A DNA stretch of 64,000 nucleotides from the human T2T-CHM13v2.0 reference genome, Homo sapiens: assembly GCF_009914755.1 (NCBI RefSeq), contig NC_060938.1; one strand, 5' to 3'. Numbering within the stretch: the first letter of the stretch is position 1; every line of letters starts with the position of its first letter. The translations under genes and the position numbers were made by a program. The notes under the pieces are model-generated. The model saw nothing but the letters and a program-made list of their open reading frames with translations. It did no database searches and had not been told where the DNA came from. Positions 42,201 to 57,996 of this stretch are shown piece by piece.

Positions 42201-44785
42201 TCATCAGCATATGGAAAATTCTCCAGGATAGACCATGTATGATGCCACAAAACAAGTCTCAACAAGTTTGAAAAAAACATCAAATCTTATCAAATGTCTT
42301 TTCAGATTATAATGGAATAAAACTATATATCAAATAACAAGAAAAATTTTGAAAACTGTACAAATACATGGAAATTAAACAACATTCTCCTGAATAACCA
42401 ATGAGTCTATGAAGAAATTAAGAAGGAAACCAAAAAAATTATTGAAACAAATGAAAATTGAAACACAGCTTATGAAAACCCATGAAATCTAGCCAAAACA
42501 GTGCTGAGAGAAATTTATAGCAATAAATTCCTGCACCAAAAAAGTGGAAAGTTTTAAAATAAACAACCTAATGACACAGCTCAAAGAATTAGAAAAGAAA
42601 GAACAAACCAAACCCAAAGTTACTAGAAGGAAAAAAAATGCTAAAGACTGGAGCAGAACTAAATAAAATAGAGACTAAAAAAACCCCCAAAACTTGAGTT
42701 TTTTAAAAAGACCAACAAAATCAACAAACCATGCATTAGACTAAGGAAAAAAAGAGAGAGAAGCCCTGTATAAATAAAATCAGAAACAAAAAGAGACATT
42801 ACAACTGGTACAACAGAAACACAAAGGATCCTTGGAGACTATTATGAACACTTATATGCCAAGAAAGTGGAAAACTTAGAAGAAATGGATAAATTCCTGG
42901 ACTCATATTACTTAATGAGATTGAACTAAGAAGAAAGAGAAAACCTGAGCAAACCAATAACCAGTAAGGAAATTGTCATTAACAGAAAGTCTCCCAACAA
43001 AGGAAATCCCAGGACCAGGTGGCTTTACTGTGGAATTCTACCAAGCCTTTATAAATTAACCAACAACAATTCTTCTCAAACGATTTCAAAAAATTGAAGA
43101 GGAGGGAATTCTTCCTAATTCATTGTACAAGGCCAGCATTATTCTGATACCAAAACCAGACGCAGACACAACAAAAAAAGAAAACTAAAGGCCAATAATC
43201 CTGATGAACATATATGCAAAAATCCTTAACAAAATATTAGCAAACCAAATTCAACAGCACATCAAAAAGATAATATACCATGATCAAATGGGATTTATTC
43301 CAGGGATGCAAGGATGCTTCAATATACACAAATCAATAGATGTGATACATTACATCAATAGAATGAAAGACAAAAACCATAAGATCATCTCAATAGATCA
43401 GAAAAAACATGTGATAAAATTAAACATTGCTTCATGATTAAAGACTCTCATTAAAATAGATATAGAAAAAAACTACCTCAACAAACTAAAGAACATATAT
43501 GACAAGACCACAGCTGACATCATACTGAGTGGGAAAAGGTTTTCCTCTAAGAACTGGAACAAGACAAGGATGCCCACTTTGAGCACTCTTAATCAACATA
43601 GCACTGGAAGTCCTAGCCAGAGCAATTAGGCAAGAGAAAAAGAACAGCATCCAAATTGGAAAAGAGGAGGTCAATTTGTCCCTGTTTGCAGGTGACATCA
43701 TCTTACATATAGAAAAACTTAAAGATGCCAACAAAAAATCCTCAGAACTGATAAATTCTTTACAGTTGCAAGATACAGTATCATCATATAGAATTTAGTA
43801 TTGTTTCTATACAGCAGCAGCAAACTGGCTGAAAAATAAATCAGGAAAGAAATCTCATTTAGTATCACTTCAATGTGGTTAAATTTAGGAATAAATCATG
43901 GAAGTGAAAGAGCTCTATAGTGAAAACTACAAAACGCTGATGAAAGAAATGAAAGAGAACACACAAATGAAATGGAAAGATATCACAAGCTCATGAATTG
44001 GAAAAATTAATAGTTAAAATGACCATAATACCTAAAGCAATCTGTAGATTTAATGTGATCCCTATCAAAATGCCAATCACATTCTTCACAGAAATAGAAA
44101 AAAAATTCCTACAATTCATATGGAAACACTAAGAGACCCTGAGAAGCCAAAGCAATATTCAGCAAAAAGAGCAAAGCTGGAGGCATCACACTGCTTAACT
44201 TCAAAATATACTACAAAGCTACAGTAACCAAAATACCATGGTATTGGTATAAAAACAGAAAAACAGACCAAAGAAACAGAATAGAGAACCCAGAAATAAA
44301 ACCATGTATTTATATTCAACTGATTTTTGGCAAAGATGCCAAGAACATACATTAGGGAAAGGACACACTCTTCAATAAATGGTGCTGGAGAAACTGAATA
44401 TCTGTATGCAGAATAAAAAACTGGACCACTACACCTCACCATACATAAAGTCAACTCAAAATGGATTAAAGACTTAAATGTAAGACCCGAAACTATAAAA
44501 AAAACTAGAAGAAAACATAGGAGAATGCATCGGGACATCAGCCTAGGCAAAGATTTCATGGGTAAGACTTCAAAAGCACAGGCAACAAAACCAAAAATAG
44601 ACAAATGAAATTACATCAAACTACAAAGCTTCTGCACAGCAAACAAATCAATCAACAGACTAAAGAGACAACCTGTAGAATGGGAGAAAATATTTTCAAA
44701 CTATACATCTGACAAGAGCTGTAGAATATACAAGGAACTCCACTCAACAGCAAATAAACTAATAATCTCATTTTAAAATGGGCAA
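39204..44785 (+). mobile_element. L1 (L1MA/L1PB-age), 5'UTR+ORF1+most of ORF2, 3' end missing, heavily disrupted
   Basis: 5' CAAGATGGC at 39216. ORF2 fragments: endonuclease (AGIAILISDK, TIIVGDF) and RT ([37 protein letters not shown]). Confidence 0.92.
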
Positions 44786-45172
44786 CCAGCAGATGGTGAT
44801 GAAGGTTATCTCCAGCCACCCTCATTGCTCATTAGCGTAAGACACTCCCACCAGCACGATGACAGTTTACAAATGCCATGGCAATGACCCAGAAGTCACC
44901 ACTCCTTTCCTAGAAAGTTCTAAATAACTCGCCCTTTAATTTGCATGTAATTGAAATTTGGAATAAGTATGTATAAACACAGTTGCCAGGAGCCCATAGT
45001 TGCCCATTTTGGGCACACTGTCTATGAGTTAACCCTGTTCCACAAGGAGCAGTACTGTGCAATAAAAGATTGCTGTCTAAAACCACCAGCTCACCTTTGA
45101 ATTCTTTCCTGGGCAAAGCCAAGAATCCTTCCAGGGTATGCCCCAATTTTGAGGCTTGCCTGTCCTGAATCA
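44784..45172 (+). mobile_element. MER61-like ERV1 LTR, 5'-truncated
   Basis: taagacactcccaccagc...gacagtttacaaatgccatggcaa...ttgaattctttcctgggcaaagccaagaa...gcttgcctgtcctgaatca. Confidence 0.75.
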
Positions 45173-47225
<2,053 letters not shown>

Positions 47226-48349
47226 AAGTATGAAAGTATCCTTTTCTACATATTTATATCAGTTAATATACATCCTCTTAAGTTTCTGACAATTTTATAA
47301 GTACAAAATGGCACCTTACTTTTAAAATTTCTTTGATAACAATTTCAGATACGTATTTTTTGTATATTTTACTTCCACCATTTTTTTCACTACATTACCT
47401 CTCATATAAATTAAATATTCTATGGTCACTGACAAGCATTTTAAAACTACCTCCTTGAGATAATTTTTTAAAATCCTAGCCATGTAAAGGTTCATAATTT
47501 TTTTTCCTAATAGACTTTTAGTCTCATATCCTGTAAGTTCAATTAACTTTCGAAGGTGCCATAACTATGTCTTACTGTGTTTTGTTTAGGGGTGTGTGTG
47601 TGTCATTTTGTCATCTAGCTTAAGATGATTACACAATAGCCTCACAGACTCTTAGAAGACCTATGTGAAGAAAAATAACTTTTGCCTTTCACAACATTGA
47701 GAATGTCCAAGGGGATTTGCTCACAGATGTTCATATGTGAAGTTTAATCTCAGTAAGTAACTGCCATGAAGATTCATAACCAAGCTTATGTTTCAGCATT
47801 GTCATAAATCAAAAGGAAAAAATTCTCTCTAGTGTCAAATTTTCCCCAGACTTGTTCAACAATTCTTAACTGGAGCAATAGAATCTTGATACTATATTTT
47901 CTAGGTAACGATACAAATATGCATCCAGTCAGTAGAGAAGTCGAAAAGACAAGCATATAGATGATAAATAGTTGGAAGTTAGCTATAGCATGCTTCCTTT
48001 TAAAAGAATAGTGTTAAGTTTAACACTTATTTCTAAGGTAAAAGGTCATAAAAGACTAAAGTAAAGGAAAAAATTGCTGAAACGTTAGCGTAGTAGAAAA
48101 TTTGCCTAAATATTTTTATTATTATTATTAGTTGTAGATAGTCTCTGTGGTGTGAATCACATTTCTCCTTACTTAGAGGCCATCAAGTAACGTGTCTTTC
48201 TAATGGTGTACCTTATGTCCACATGCATTTTGTTTAATAACCTATTTCAAAGGACATTTAATAACTCTTAAATGAGCATAATTGTCATATAAGTATATTT
48301 GGGCAACTTTCTGAGAGTGACTAGCTTTTCTAGCAAGTTACATCTGTAA

Positions 48350-48560
48350 TAAAAATTATTACTAATGACAGTAATAGCTACTTTTTAATTGAATATCTAC
48401 TAAATGCCAGGCACTATGCTAGGTACTCCATCTTCCCTAACTTCTCACAGTACCTAGTATTGTCTGTATTTTACAGATTAAGAAAGCGAGGCTTTCCCTG
48501 CTCACAGCGTATCATTTCCATGGCCTGAAGTTTAGAGTATTGTTTGCTGTGCCATGTTTC
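48350..48560 (-). mobile_element. MIR
   Basis: attgaatatctactaaatgccaggcactatgctagg...attttacagattaagaaa. Confidence 0.7.
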
Positions 48561-49429
48561 TGCTAAGAATTTGGTCAGATCTCTCTTGAGCTACTTAATT
48601 TCAAGGCATTATTCCTTTTTTTTCCCTCCTGAAGGATATAAAGTGTCTGGTTTGCTGAGTGAATTACCATGGGCAGAGTGAGGCAGAGAGCTTCCTTTAT
48701 GAATAAGTAAATGCCATTAGGCCGTCAAAATAACCACATTTCTAGAAAAGGAGGACTTGACAGTTTCTCATCAACAAAAAAAAGTGTTAATGTCCTTTTG
48801 ACTTTTTGGCTACACCCAAACCATTCTATGTTTTATAAACTTTCCAGAATGAACTTGCCCTGAGTTGGCTATCAGTTAGTACTTATTTTAAAAAAAGTAT
48901 ATGGAATATGGTGTCAGGATGGATTTTTTTTCATTGTTGATTCACTAATAGAGATTAATGGAAGCAACTAAGGAAAGATATAAAGATGGCAAATTGTGTA
49001 AGAGTAGAAGAACAATAAGAATGAAACTGATTCTGTTGCCTGTTGTGTCAGTAAGACAGTCCCATTTTCTCACATTGGAGAAACAGAGGCCCAGTAGTCA
49101 TCATGCTGAGTTCCTTACTCCTAATTCTGCCTAATCTTGACAATAAACATTATTACTTCCTCATATACTTCTTCGATCCATGTTTTTGTCTTTAAATGCT
49201 ATTTACCAGTTTCAAATAAGTTTAGAACCCCTCTGCTTACACACTTCTCACTTACTATAAATACAAATCTAAGTCAGGGCAAAATATATGAATTCTATTC
49301 ATCATTCAATCATTCAAAGATACCCCAAGAGATTCTCATCCCCTCTCATTGCTTTTTCTTGCTGGAGTGCTCATCGGATATATTCACAAAGAAAACCTGT
49401 TTTCAATGAGATTTCAGGACACACAATCG

Positions 49430-49712
49430 AGCCAGGTGCAGTGGCTCATGCCTGTAATCCTTACCACTCAGAAGGCTAAGGTGTGAGGACTGCTTGAGTC
49501 CAGGAGTTCAAGACTAGCCTGGGTAACAAAGTGAGACCCGCCCCCTCATTTCTGGAAAAAAAAAAAGAAAGAAAAATTAAGCCAGGAGCGGTGGTGTGTG
49601 CTTGTAGTCCTGGAGGCTGCTCAAGCCCAGGAGTTCAAGGCTGTAGTGAGCTATGATTGTGCCACTTGCCCTCCAGCCTAGGCAACAAAGCGCGACCTTG
49701 TCTCTAAAAAAT
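49430..49712 (+). mobile_element. AluJ with right-arm deletion
   Basis: aaggctgtagtgagctatgattgtgccac. Confidence 0.9.
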
Positions 49713-50199
49713 TTTTTTAAAAAGACTGAGTTCTGGCAGCCATAGTGGTCAGAGTGTGGTTACCATGCAGGCTGGCAACATTTAAGTTTAACCAAATATA
49801 TTAATAAGTTATTTCTTCCAAGAGCAGAATAAAAATAACACCTGATTGCAAGAAAAGAAATTAAGGAGAAATACAAAGATTCTAAAGAGAAATGGCAGTA
49901 CTGTCTTTCCTTGAGAGCATTTAAGCTAATCAATCACAGAGATTTAAAGTCATGCCTCTGGCATAATTCCAAAACCAAGGGCAACCCCAGACCAATTTTT
50001 TCCTTAACAAAGTACTTTCCAAATTGAGAACCCCCCTCCAAATCTGCAATAATTGGTCCACTTTCTATTTGATATGGGATAGCTTTCTGACCTCAGTCTT
50101 TTCCAGAAACATAGAATGGACCTTTTAAAGACAGGGCACTATGTTCAGCAGCTATTTGAGAAGCTTACCCAGCTGCTTGGAGTTTTTAAAATCTGACTA

Positions 50200-51010
50200 C
50201 CAAAGAAGAGCCATAACAGCCCCAACAATCGCACTCTATGGCAAGCACGATGAAAAAGCTGTAGAGATCCTTCGTTTTACCTACCACATTGTTAAAGAGG
50301 CATGTGAAAGAAACTGTGGGAACATGAAAGAAACCCTGGGTGAGAAACAAGCCAAGAGAAAACCTAAAGCCGCCTGTCACTTGCGCCACTCGCCGCCAAA
50401 GCTGTGGGTGCTGATAGCATTATTGTTTAATCTCTCTGAAGAATATGTGGGAGCAGAAAGCACAACATCCCCAAGTTGTTACTTTGTCACAACTTTACAG
50501 AATACATAAGCACTTCAGTAAATACACAGATTTTTTTTGCAAACTGTAAATCATCTGTGAGCCACCACTGTTCGACTAATTACAGCAAGAAGCTGTGCTC
50601 ATTAGCTGTTCTCATCTGGCTCACTGCACGACCTAAATAGTCCGTAAATGAGCCGGCAATTATTGCTGTATTACCACTACCAGCTCCGCTCACATCAAAA
50701 TATCTCCACCAAATGTTACGCCTGTTGGTATTATCAGGTTAGAAATTTCATAAACATATTGAAGCAGTTAATTGGGAGATTATTTTTAAAAATGCGAAAA
50801 TAGAATCATCAGTGAAAGAGTTTTCATCAAACCCCAGATAGGCGGCTCCACCTATAGACAAGAACCTCAGAATGCAAGCATCTGGGAGCACACCATCGCC
50901 TGCTTCAAAACAACACTGGAAAACTAGGAACGCAAGGAAAATTTATATATGTTAAGTGGCAGAAAGGTGGACCATGCATATTCTTATGCCACCTAAAAAC
51001 GACCTCCTGA
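50200..51010. promoter_or_regulatory. Candidate conserved non-coding element/enhancer
   Basis: No recognisable repeat, roughly 18 CpGs in ~0.8 kb, TAATTA and ACATCAAA motifs; conservation not verifiable here. Confidence 0.35.
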
Positions 51011-52261
51011 CTTGTTCAAAATAAAATGAAAGCATGTGCTCATGGGCCTAGGACCTGAAAGAACTTGAGCTAAACAGAAAAGCAAACAGCAATGTCAGTA
51101 AAACTTCATTATTTCTATCTCCATCATGTGGTATATTCTAAAGGATGACTAGGATTTTTTTCTTCTTGTTTGCTTGGTTGGTTGAACTTAAAATGCCAAC
51201 ATACATGTTAATGGTGAAAAGAAAGTAATAAAATAGTTTGACTTTGAAAAACAAATTTCCAATACCCTAAAACACTTCAGAAGCATCTATTTATCATATC
51301 AAGTGATTAGCTGATTATTGTATTCTTATTTATTCATTAAAATGTCCTCTTTGAGCCTCATTTTAGTTATTGTAGATATTTGAAGGTAATATGTTTTTAA
51401 ACTCTGCCATTAACTCATATTTCACATTCATTCAGATTCACCCAACCTCAATTAACTTAATTTAATGAGATCCTATTGTGAACATTTTTATTATAAAAAG
51501 AGGGGGGTTTCAATACTGGGGCACTTTGTTCTTGTTCCTGATGGTCATCACATCAGATTCATCATTGATTATGATCCTGAAAAATATGGAAGGGATACCG
51601 AAAGTACTGAAAGCTAATGGGTGTTCTGATCCTGTCAGCTTTTCCCTACTTAACATCAAAGAAGAAAAAAACACTCTAATAAATATTTTATTTGATTCTT
51701 GATTCTCATACTAGTTTCTTGCATACGAGACAGAAACTGTCTCTAATGGGTTGAATATTTTTATTTACCCAGGCAAGGCTGATATCCCAATGTGGGCTAT
51801 GTGGCACAAATTATTTGATAGACTTTGGATAGGATACAGAATGGAACCAGTTAATGATATACTCTAAAAAGATGTTTTTCATGATGGAGATATTGACTAT
51901 AACAATGATAATAATATTGAGAGGCAACTCTTCCTGTAAACCAATTAATTGACACCAATGGGCAAAAGAATGTGCACCATATTTGTTTAACTCTTTTTAG
52001 CTGTTAAGCTTTACAAAGAATTCTTAAAATATGATCAGCGAATATGTTTTCCCATGAATTTCATGAAGTATTCTACACAGCTATGATGCTTTTCAAGCTA
52101 GAGGTGCTAGGCTGTAAACACAGCACTGTTTTTCCCTACTGGAAACTCATTAATTCCAATGTATGTTTTGAGTAAAAGAGTAGTTTCCCTTTTTCTTTCT
52201 CCTTTTACGACCTTCTTAGAAAGACAGCTAACTTCCCTGCCTATCTCTTGTCATAGCATTG

Positions 52262-52398
52262 CCTTGTTATTCAAAGTGAGGTCCGTAACCTAACAACTTC
52301 AGCATCACGTGGGAGCTTGCTGGAAATGCAGTATCTTGGGCCCCGATCCTTACACACTGAATTAGAATCTTCATTTTAACAACTTGAGAAACACCGGT
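52262..52398. mobile_element. MER5A-like hAT-Charlie
   Basis: cagcatcacgtgggagcttgctggaaatgcag...actgaattagaatct...cattttaacaa. Confidence 0.8.
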
Positions 52399-53646
52399 CT
52401 AGGTAAAGGCCTATTACAGGCCCCCATGAGTCTTTTCCCTGTATGGAAGGAGAGTCAAAGCAGTGCCCAGCTGTGAAGAATCAAAGACTGAGCAAAATAA
52501 ACACATGGTTTTGACTGTTTTAACTCACTATCAACATTTTTTAAAAGTTTTATCTGAAGGCCACTCCAGCTTCAGAAAGATATACTGGATCCTGTTGAAA
52601 GCTGAGTCTAAAAACAATCCTTTCACTATTCACAATGTGATAATCACATTGAGAGGTATTTTAGAGTAACTTCTGTGTCCCCAGTGCCTCACTCAATACA
52701 ATGGGAGATTCATAAAATGCACATTAACCAAACACTCATTATCAAGTGCCTTACTTTTCCCTGGTTGTGGTCATCCGACATTTCGGATGCCTAATATTCC
52801 AAAAATCCCTTCAACTTTTCAATCACTTTTACATCTATCATATTACTTTAACATCACATATTCAAGTGGATATCTATTGTCTTTTTTTAACATATTAGGA
52901 AACTGAAGCTTGAAGTTGTTTAGTGACTGCCCAAAGTCACCAGCTGGCTAAAGGCAAAGTTGGTATACTTGGGACCTTCTTCTAAAACTATGGCCTGTAT
53001 ATTTAAGATACTTGTAGAGCATCATATTGTTAGGGAACATCTTAAAGCAACGTAGGCTTATATCCTGACACTACTCTATTGATGGGATCTACTGCAGCGA
53101 ACATCTCTGTGTATGTCACTCAGCAGGAGAAATATATAAAGAGGCGTTTTCAGATTTTACTAGACAATATGGTATGATGAAAGAAACGGATAGTGAGCCA
53201 GAGAACTTCTCTGAAATAACTGCTATAGGGAGGTGTTTTCCAATCCTCTAGAAAATCAGAACAGTTCCCAGAGGGAACAGATTAGAGCCAAACACTTCCT
53301 CCATCTTCTAAATAGCAGAATCTCTGCCATGGAGGACATAATTGGGTGTTTGCTCATTATCCTCAGGGTGTGATTTGGCCTGGTTTTTGGCTTAAATGAG
53401 GAAAGGAAGATGGGAAACTGAAGTAGCCCGCTGTTTCAGGACACACAGCTCAGAAACCTGGCACCATGGAGACGTGTACAGACTATTTATGAAGGGCAGG
53501 CAGCCTAGTATGAAGGAAGGATCTTTATCTGTGGTGTGAATCATGCCTGTACTGACAGAATATTGGAAAACCATCCCCCTTGAGTAAAGTACTATGCATG
53601 TCTCCATAGCTGCTCTTATTCCAATTATAGAAGACAGGGAAGCAGG

Positions 53647-53745
53647 ATTTTATCATTATACAATGTATACATGATTGAAACATCACACTGTAATCTATAT
53701 GTACATATAATTATTTTGTGTCAATTATAAATAAAAGTTAATTGA
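53647..53745 (+). mobile_element. L1MA-type extreme 3' end
   Basis: atcattatacaatgtatacatgattgaaacatcacactgta...tgtcaattataaataaaa. Confidence 0.7.
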
Positions 53746-56086
53746 CAAAACAGAAGAGAAAGAACCTGGTTTTATAAGGATTTTTAAACTCCACCTGGTC
53801 AAGAAATAGTACCAATCTAAATCTAAAAGACTGGAAGTTTCAGCTGTTTTCTGTAGAGTCCATTTCCTTATAAGAAAAAGAGTGAAGTGAGTAAAGGAGC
53901 CTGTAGCAGCCAAATTAAATTTTGGCTAAACATCAATTTCTTTTTTATTAGAGTCAGAAATGTCTCCCCTTAGTAAAAGTTGCTCTGGGGCAAAAAAGAA
54001 AGGTCTAACTTCTCCTCAGCTTACTTAAAAGGAAAAGGACATTTTGTCACCTGCAGTCAAGATAAGTTAAAATCCTCAGTGGCCAGCTATGGTAGTAGGA
54101 CTACCCTATGTGGACCACCATGGTGTAGACCACCTCAGCTCAGAAACCAAAAAGTACCTGGAGCAAAACATTCAGAAACGGATTCAATTCTAGCAGTGGG
54201 ATGGAGTTTTCTATTGCCTACTCTCTCATTCCTTTCTTAATGGATAGGGGAACTTTTGGAGTTTAAAAAGACTTATAAATTGCACCTTTCTCTCCCTTCC
54301 TGAATTCCAAGTCACTTAAGAGACAGAAGAGAAACAGGACAGGGATAACCATCCACATTATGATCAAACCTCAGAACTGGACAGGTGGTGCTGAACATCC
54401 TCAGGGCCTCCCAGAGATGGCTATTGCTGACAAACTGAGAACACAAAGAATCATACTTCAAATCAAGCTTTCTGCGGGTAGCTTGCTCAGGAGAAAAGGG
54501 CGAGAGGAAGGGACGGAGCTGGAACAGCTCATTCCTCTGTCAAATAATTAGAAATCAGCCCACCAGCACCTGGAGGAAGTAGGAAAAGAGCAGCCAAGAG
54601 TGTTGCACTAATGGATGTCCGTCCACATTGAAGGAAATGTGAGAAAAGGAGAACAAATGTTCCCACACTCAACCTTACTCAGGCTTTCATTCCCTAAAGC
54701 CATTGGAGTAACCGTCAAGCCAGTGAAAAACTAGAAATGGAGTTAACCCCCAAAGGTGTTTGCACAATATCAGGACAGATCAACTCCATTTTCAAAAGAC
54801 TACTCTACAGCAGCAACCATTGCCTCATTTAGGAATTTATTGGGTCAGCTAAGAATAGATTTTGCCTCCAAAATGTTCTGAAATGGATCAAAGTCATGCA
54901 ATAGTTGAAATTTCTAGGACCACTCTATTATTCAAATCCTAACCTTCACTTGCTATTCTATTTCTAATTCCAAATTACTTCCCGCCACATTAACTAACAG
55001 CCAGCAGAGGTTCTGCAATGAGATCAAAGGTACTCCAATAATAAAATGACAGCAGTAAGAGTCCTCAAATTTGAATATAAACTCTCTCCCATTATTAATC
55101 TCCCAAGATATTAAGAAATTGAAAACACTTATATGACCCACTTTTAAAGTATCCCAAATTAAACCAAATAAAATTGAAGACCAAATGAAAATTATCCTAC
55201 CATTGAAAGATAAATTACAAATATTAATATTTCAAGTTAAATTAAGGTCCGACTTCTTATTCTGCACAGTCACAACTACAGAGCTTCTCTATTAGAAGAC
55301 TTGATGGAGTTGTTTTTTTTTAGCAGGTACAGCAGTTTCTGTATTCTAATGAATGAGGTATAGTTTCTTTAAAGCCTGTGGATCTGAATTTATTCCAGAA
55401 CATCTGATGAGCCCCACTTTTCAAAATTCCAAGGGGTTACTAAGAAATGCAGATAGCCCTGACTCCATCTTCAATTAAATTCAAAATATAAAGTAATCCT
55501 CATCTCCTAAGCAGTTATTCCGGGCTAAATTATATTCTTAGACAAAAGCCTTAAGTGTTTTCAAAGATCATAGCAGAGACTTCATAGTATCTGAGGGATG
55601 CCAGGTAGATTTTCAAAATCCTGCTGTCTGCTTAACTAGGATGCCAGTCTTTTATGGCAGATTTCAGAGTCCACAAGTTTTGAAACACAACACAATGGGA
55701 GACCTCTCTGAAAAAGAGACTATTTTTGTCATTATGTATTGACCACATTGGAGGACCAGGGAGAGGGGAATTGGGGGTGACACTTATGCATGTTTTCACC
55801 TCTCATAGGAAGATGTGTGGGATAAATCTTGCCTTCCTGCACAGCTGAGAAGTTTATAATACTGGTAGCATTAGCTCTCAAGTCGAATTTTGGATGACTT
55901 TCTTTCTGAATCAGCATATTCAGTTTTTTAAATTCCTTCTCCCCTTTGGACTCTGTTTCTAGTTCACCAATGATAAATTTAAGGCTAACTCCACATTATA
56001 ATACCCAAAGTATCTTTTGTGCAGACATTTTCATTCCATTGCTCACTGGCTTCTTCCACTGCCTTTTGTCATGGAATTACTTTGGT

Positions 56087-56315
56087 CAGTGGTTCTGAAC
56101 CAGGAATGATTTTTATCTGCAGTGCATATTTGACAGTATCTAGAGACATGATTTATTCTCACAACTTGTGGTGGGGAGGGTATGCTAATGGAATCTAGGG
56201 CATAGACACCAGAGATGTTGCTAAACTGCCTACAATGCACAGGAAAGCAACTCCACAACACAACAAGGAATTACTTTGCCCAAAATGTCAATAGTGCCAA
56301 AATTGAGAAGGCTTG
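56087..56315 (+). mobile_element. MER20 hAT-Charlie
   Basis: cagtggttctgaacc...gctaaactgcctacaatgcacagg...gcccaaaatgtcaatagtgcc. Confidence 0.88.
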
Positions 56316-56819
56316 AATTAAGATAATTAAATAGGTTTCACAGAGAAGTTGTGCCCCTGATTCCCTCACACTATAGTTGCATTTGGAGAAAGACCTAAGA
56401 TGATTCTTGAACTGTAGCTGCTACTGAAGTTTTTAAAAGCTTGAACCCTTAAGACTCTAGGGCAGACCAATACCCATGACACAGGCCCTTTGTGATGCTG
56501 TCTTGCCTTAGCTTCTGAATGTTCCCAGTTTTAAACAGCATTCCTGTCTTTTTCATTTGCAATGTGTCTCTTATGTCTAATCTTGTGGTTCCCTTCAGGA
56601 AACTCAGATGAGTTTCTAATATGTTAAAATATTTACTTTGATCTTTTCCTTCTTGAATATATGCAGACTAGAATGGTTTGATGGAATCGAAAGTCAACTT
56701 TACTTCCTTTATTTTCTTTGCTTTGTGACCTAGACATGTTTTTATTCTAACATATTCCTCAAAACTGTATGGAGGATTCTTCCATGAGAAAAACAAAACA
56801 GCAAGTTCTGAGTCGGTGA

Positions 56820-57430
56820 AAATTGTCCACTGGCCAAGACATCCACCTGTACTTTATATATCCAATAATAGTGCACATTTTTCTGGTTTTCTCTTGTTAA
56901 TTCTGTCAAGATTTTTGTACCATTTAGTATAGCTGGCCCATTCTTTCAAGGGCAGTACCCCAATTGCTTTCACTACAGACTCTGTCAATGGTATTGAATG
57001 AATTTCTTACAGTTTTGGCTCCTTCTGATAGTCTGTTCTAGTCTTCTCTCTAAAAATCTTGCCTATCTTCCTCTGTTGGATGTCTCTGAGCCCTGTCACC
57101 ATACTAAATTTTAGTAGCTACTAAAATATATCTCCTTTTGACAATTTTCTCCTTGCAGACAGTTAGATATAGTTGCTTAACCTACAGTCAATACTAGCCT
57201 TCAATATTTCATTTTCTTCTTCATCTATGTCCATCCAAATATCTCAATCTTTCTCCTACAGAAATGTTTCTCTCCTTCTAGCTTATATTTCCACTCTTTC
57301 ATTCCCACAGTAAGATTGAAGCACACTTGAGAAACCACTACACTTTTCTCCTTTATAATCCCTAGAGATAATCTCATTCCAAGCCTTTTAAATAGCCTTT
57401 AGGTTGACAGTAACTTCAATGAATTGTTTC
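56820..57430 (+). mobile_element. L2 fragment
   Basis: Pyrimidine-rich, degenerate L2-like sequence. Confidence 0.45.
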
Positions 57431-57680
57431 CCTGCTTCATCCCTAGAAAATGGCTTTTATTTTATCTAAAAAGGCTCTATTTCTTCTTGTGTTTTTTTTT
57501 TTAATTAGATTCTACCATACTTCTATAGGTCAATCCACAGTTTTGGCCTCTGAATTCTGGAACTATGGTCAGACCTTATGTCTTTAAAAATCCAGAGCTA
57601 ACTTGAGACCTCTTGGGACCTTGTAACAAGAGGTAGGTCTTGAAACTGTGGACAAGCTACACAAGCTTAAAATTACTCTT

Positions 57681-57996
57681 GGCCAAGGATGGTGGCTCAT
57701 GCCTGTAATCTCAGCACTTTGAGACGCCAGTGCAGAAGGATCATTTGAGGCCAAGGGATCAAGACCAGCCTGGGTAATAGAGCATGACTCTGACTCTGCA
57801 GAAGCAAACAAACAAAATACAGTAATTTATTTGGCTGGGTGTGGTGGCATGTGCTTGTAGTCCAAGCTACTTGGGAAGCTAAGGTAGGAGGATCACTTGA
57901 GCCCAGGAGTTTGAGGTTGCAGTTAGAGCTATGATTGTGCCACTGCACTCCAGCCTGGGTGACAGAGTGAGATTCTGTCTCTAAGAAATAAAAAAT
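57681..57996 (+). mobile_element. AluJ
   Basis: Diverged dimeric Alu. Confidence 0.9.

Noticed and set aside
41116-44604. 156-aa and 162-aa hydrophobic minus-strand ORFs
   Set aside because: Antisense translation of A-rich L1 sequence gives false membrane-like peptides
50381-50400. CTCF-like motif TTGCGCCACTCGCCGCCAA
   Set aside because: Mismatches at the core CC and AG positions
54095-54140. Three GLI-like motifs (GACTACCCT, GACCACCAT, GACCACCTC)
   Set aside because: Each has two mismatches to GACCACCCA; consistent with chance
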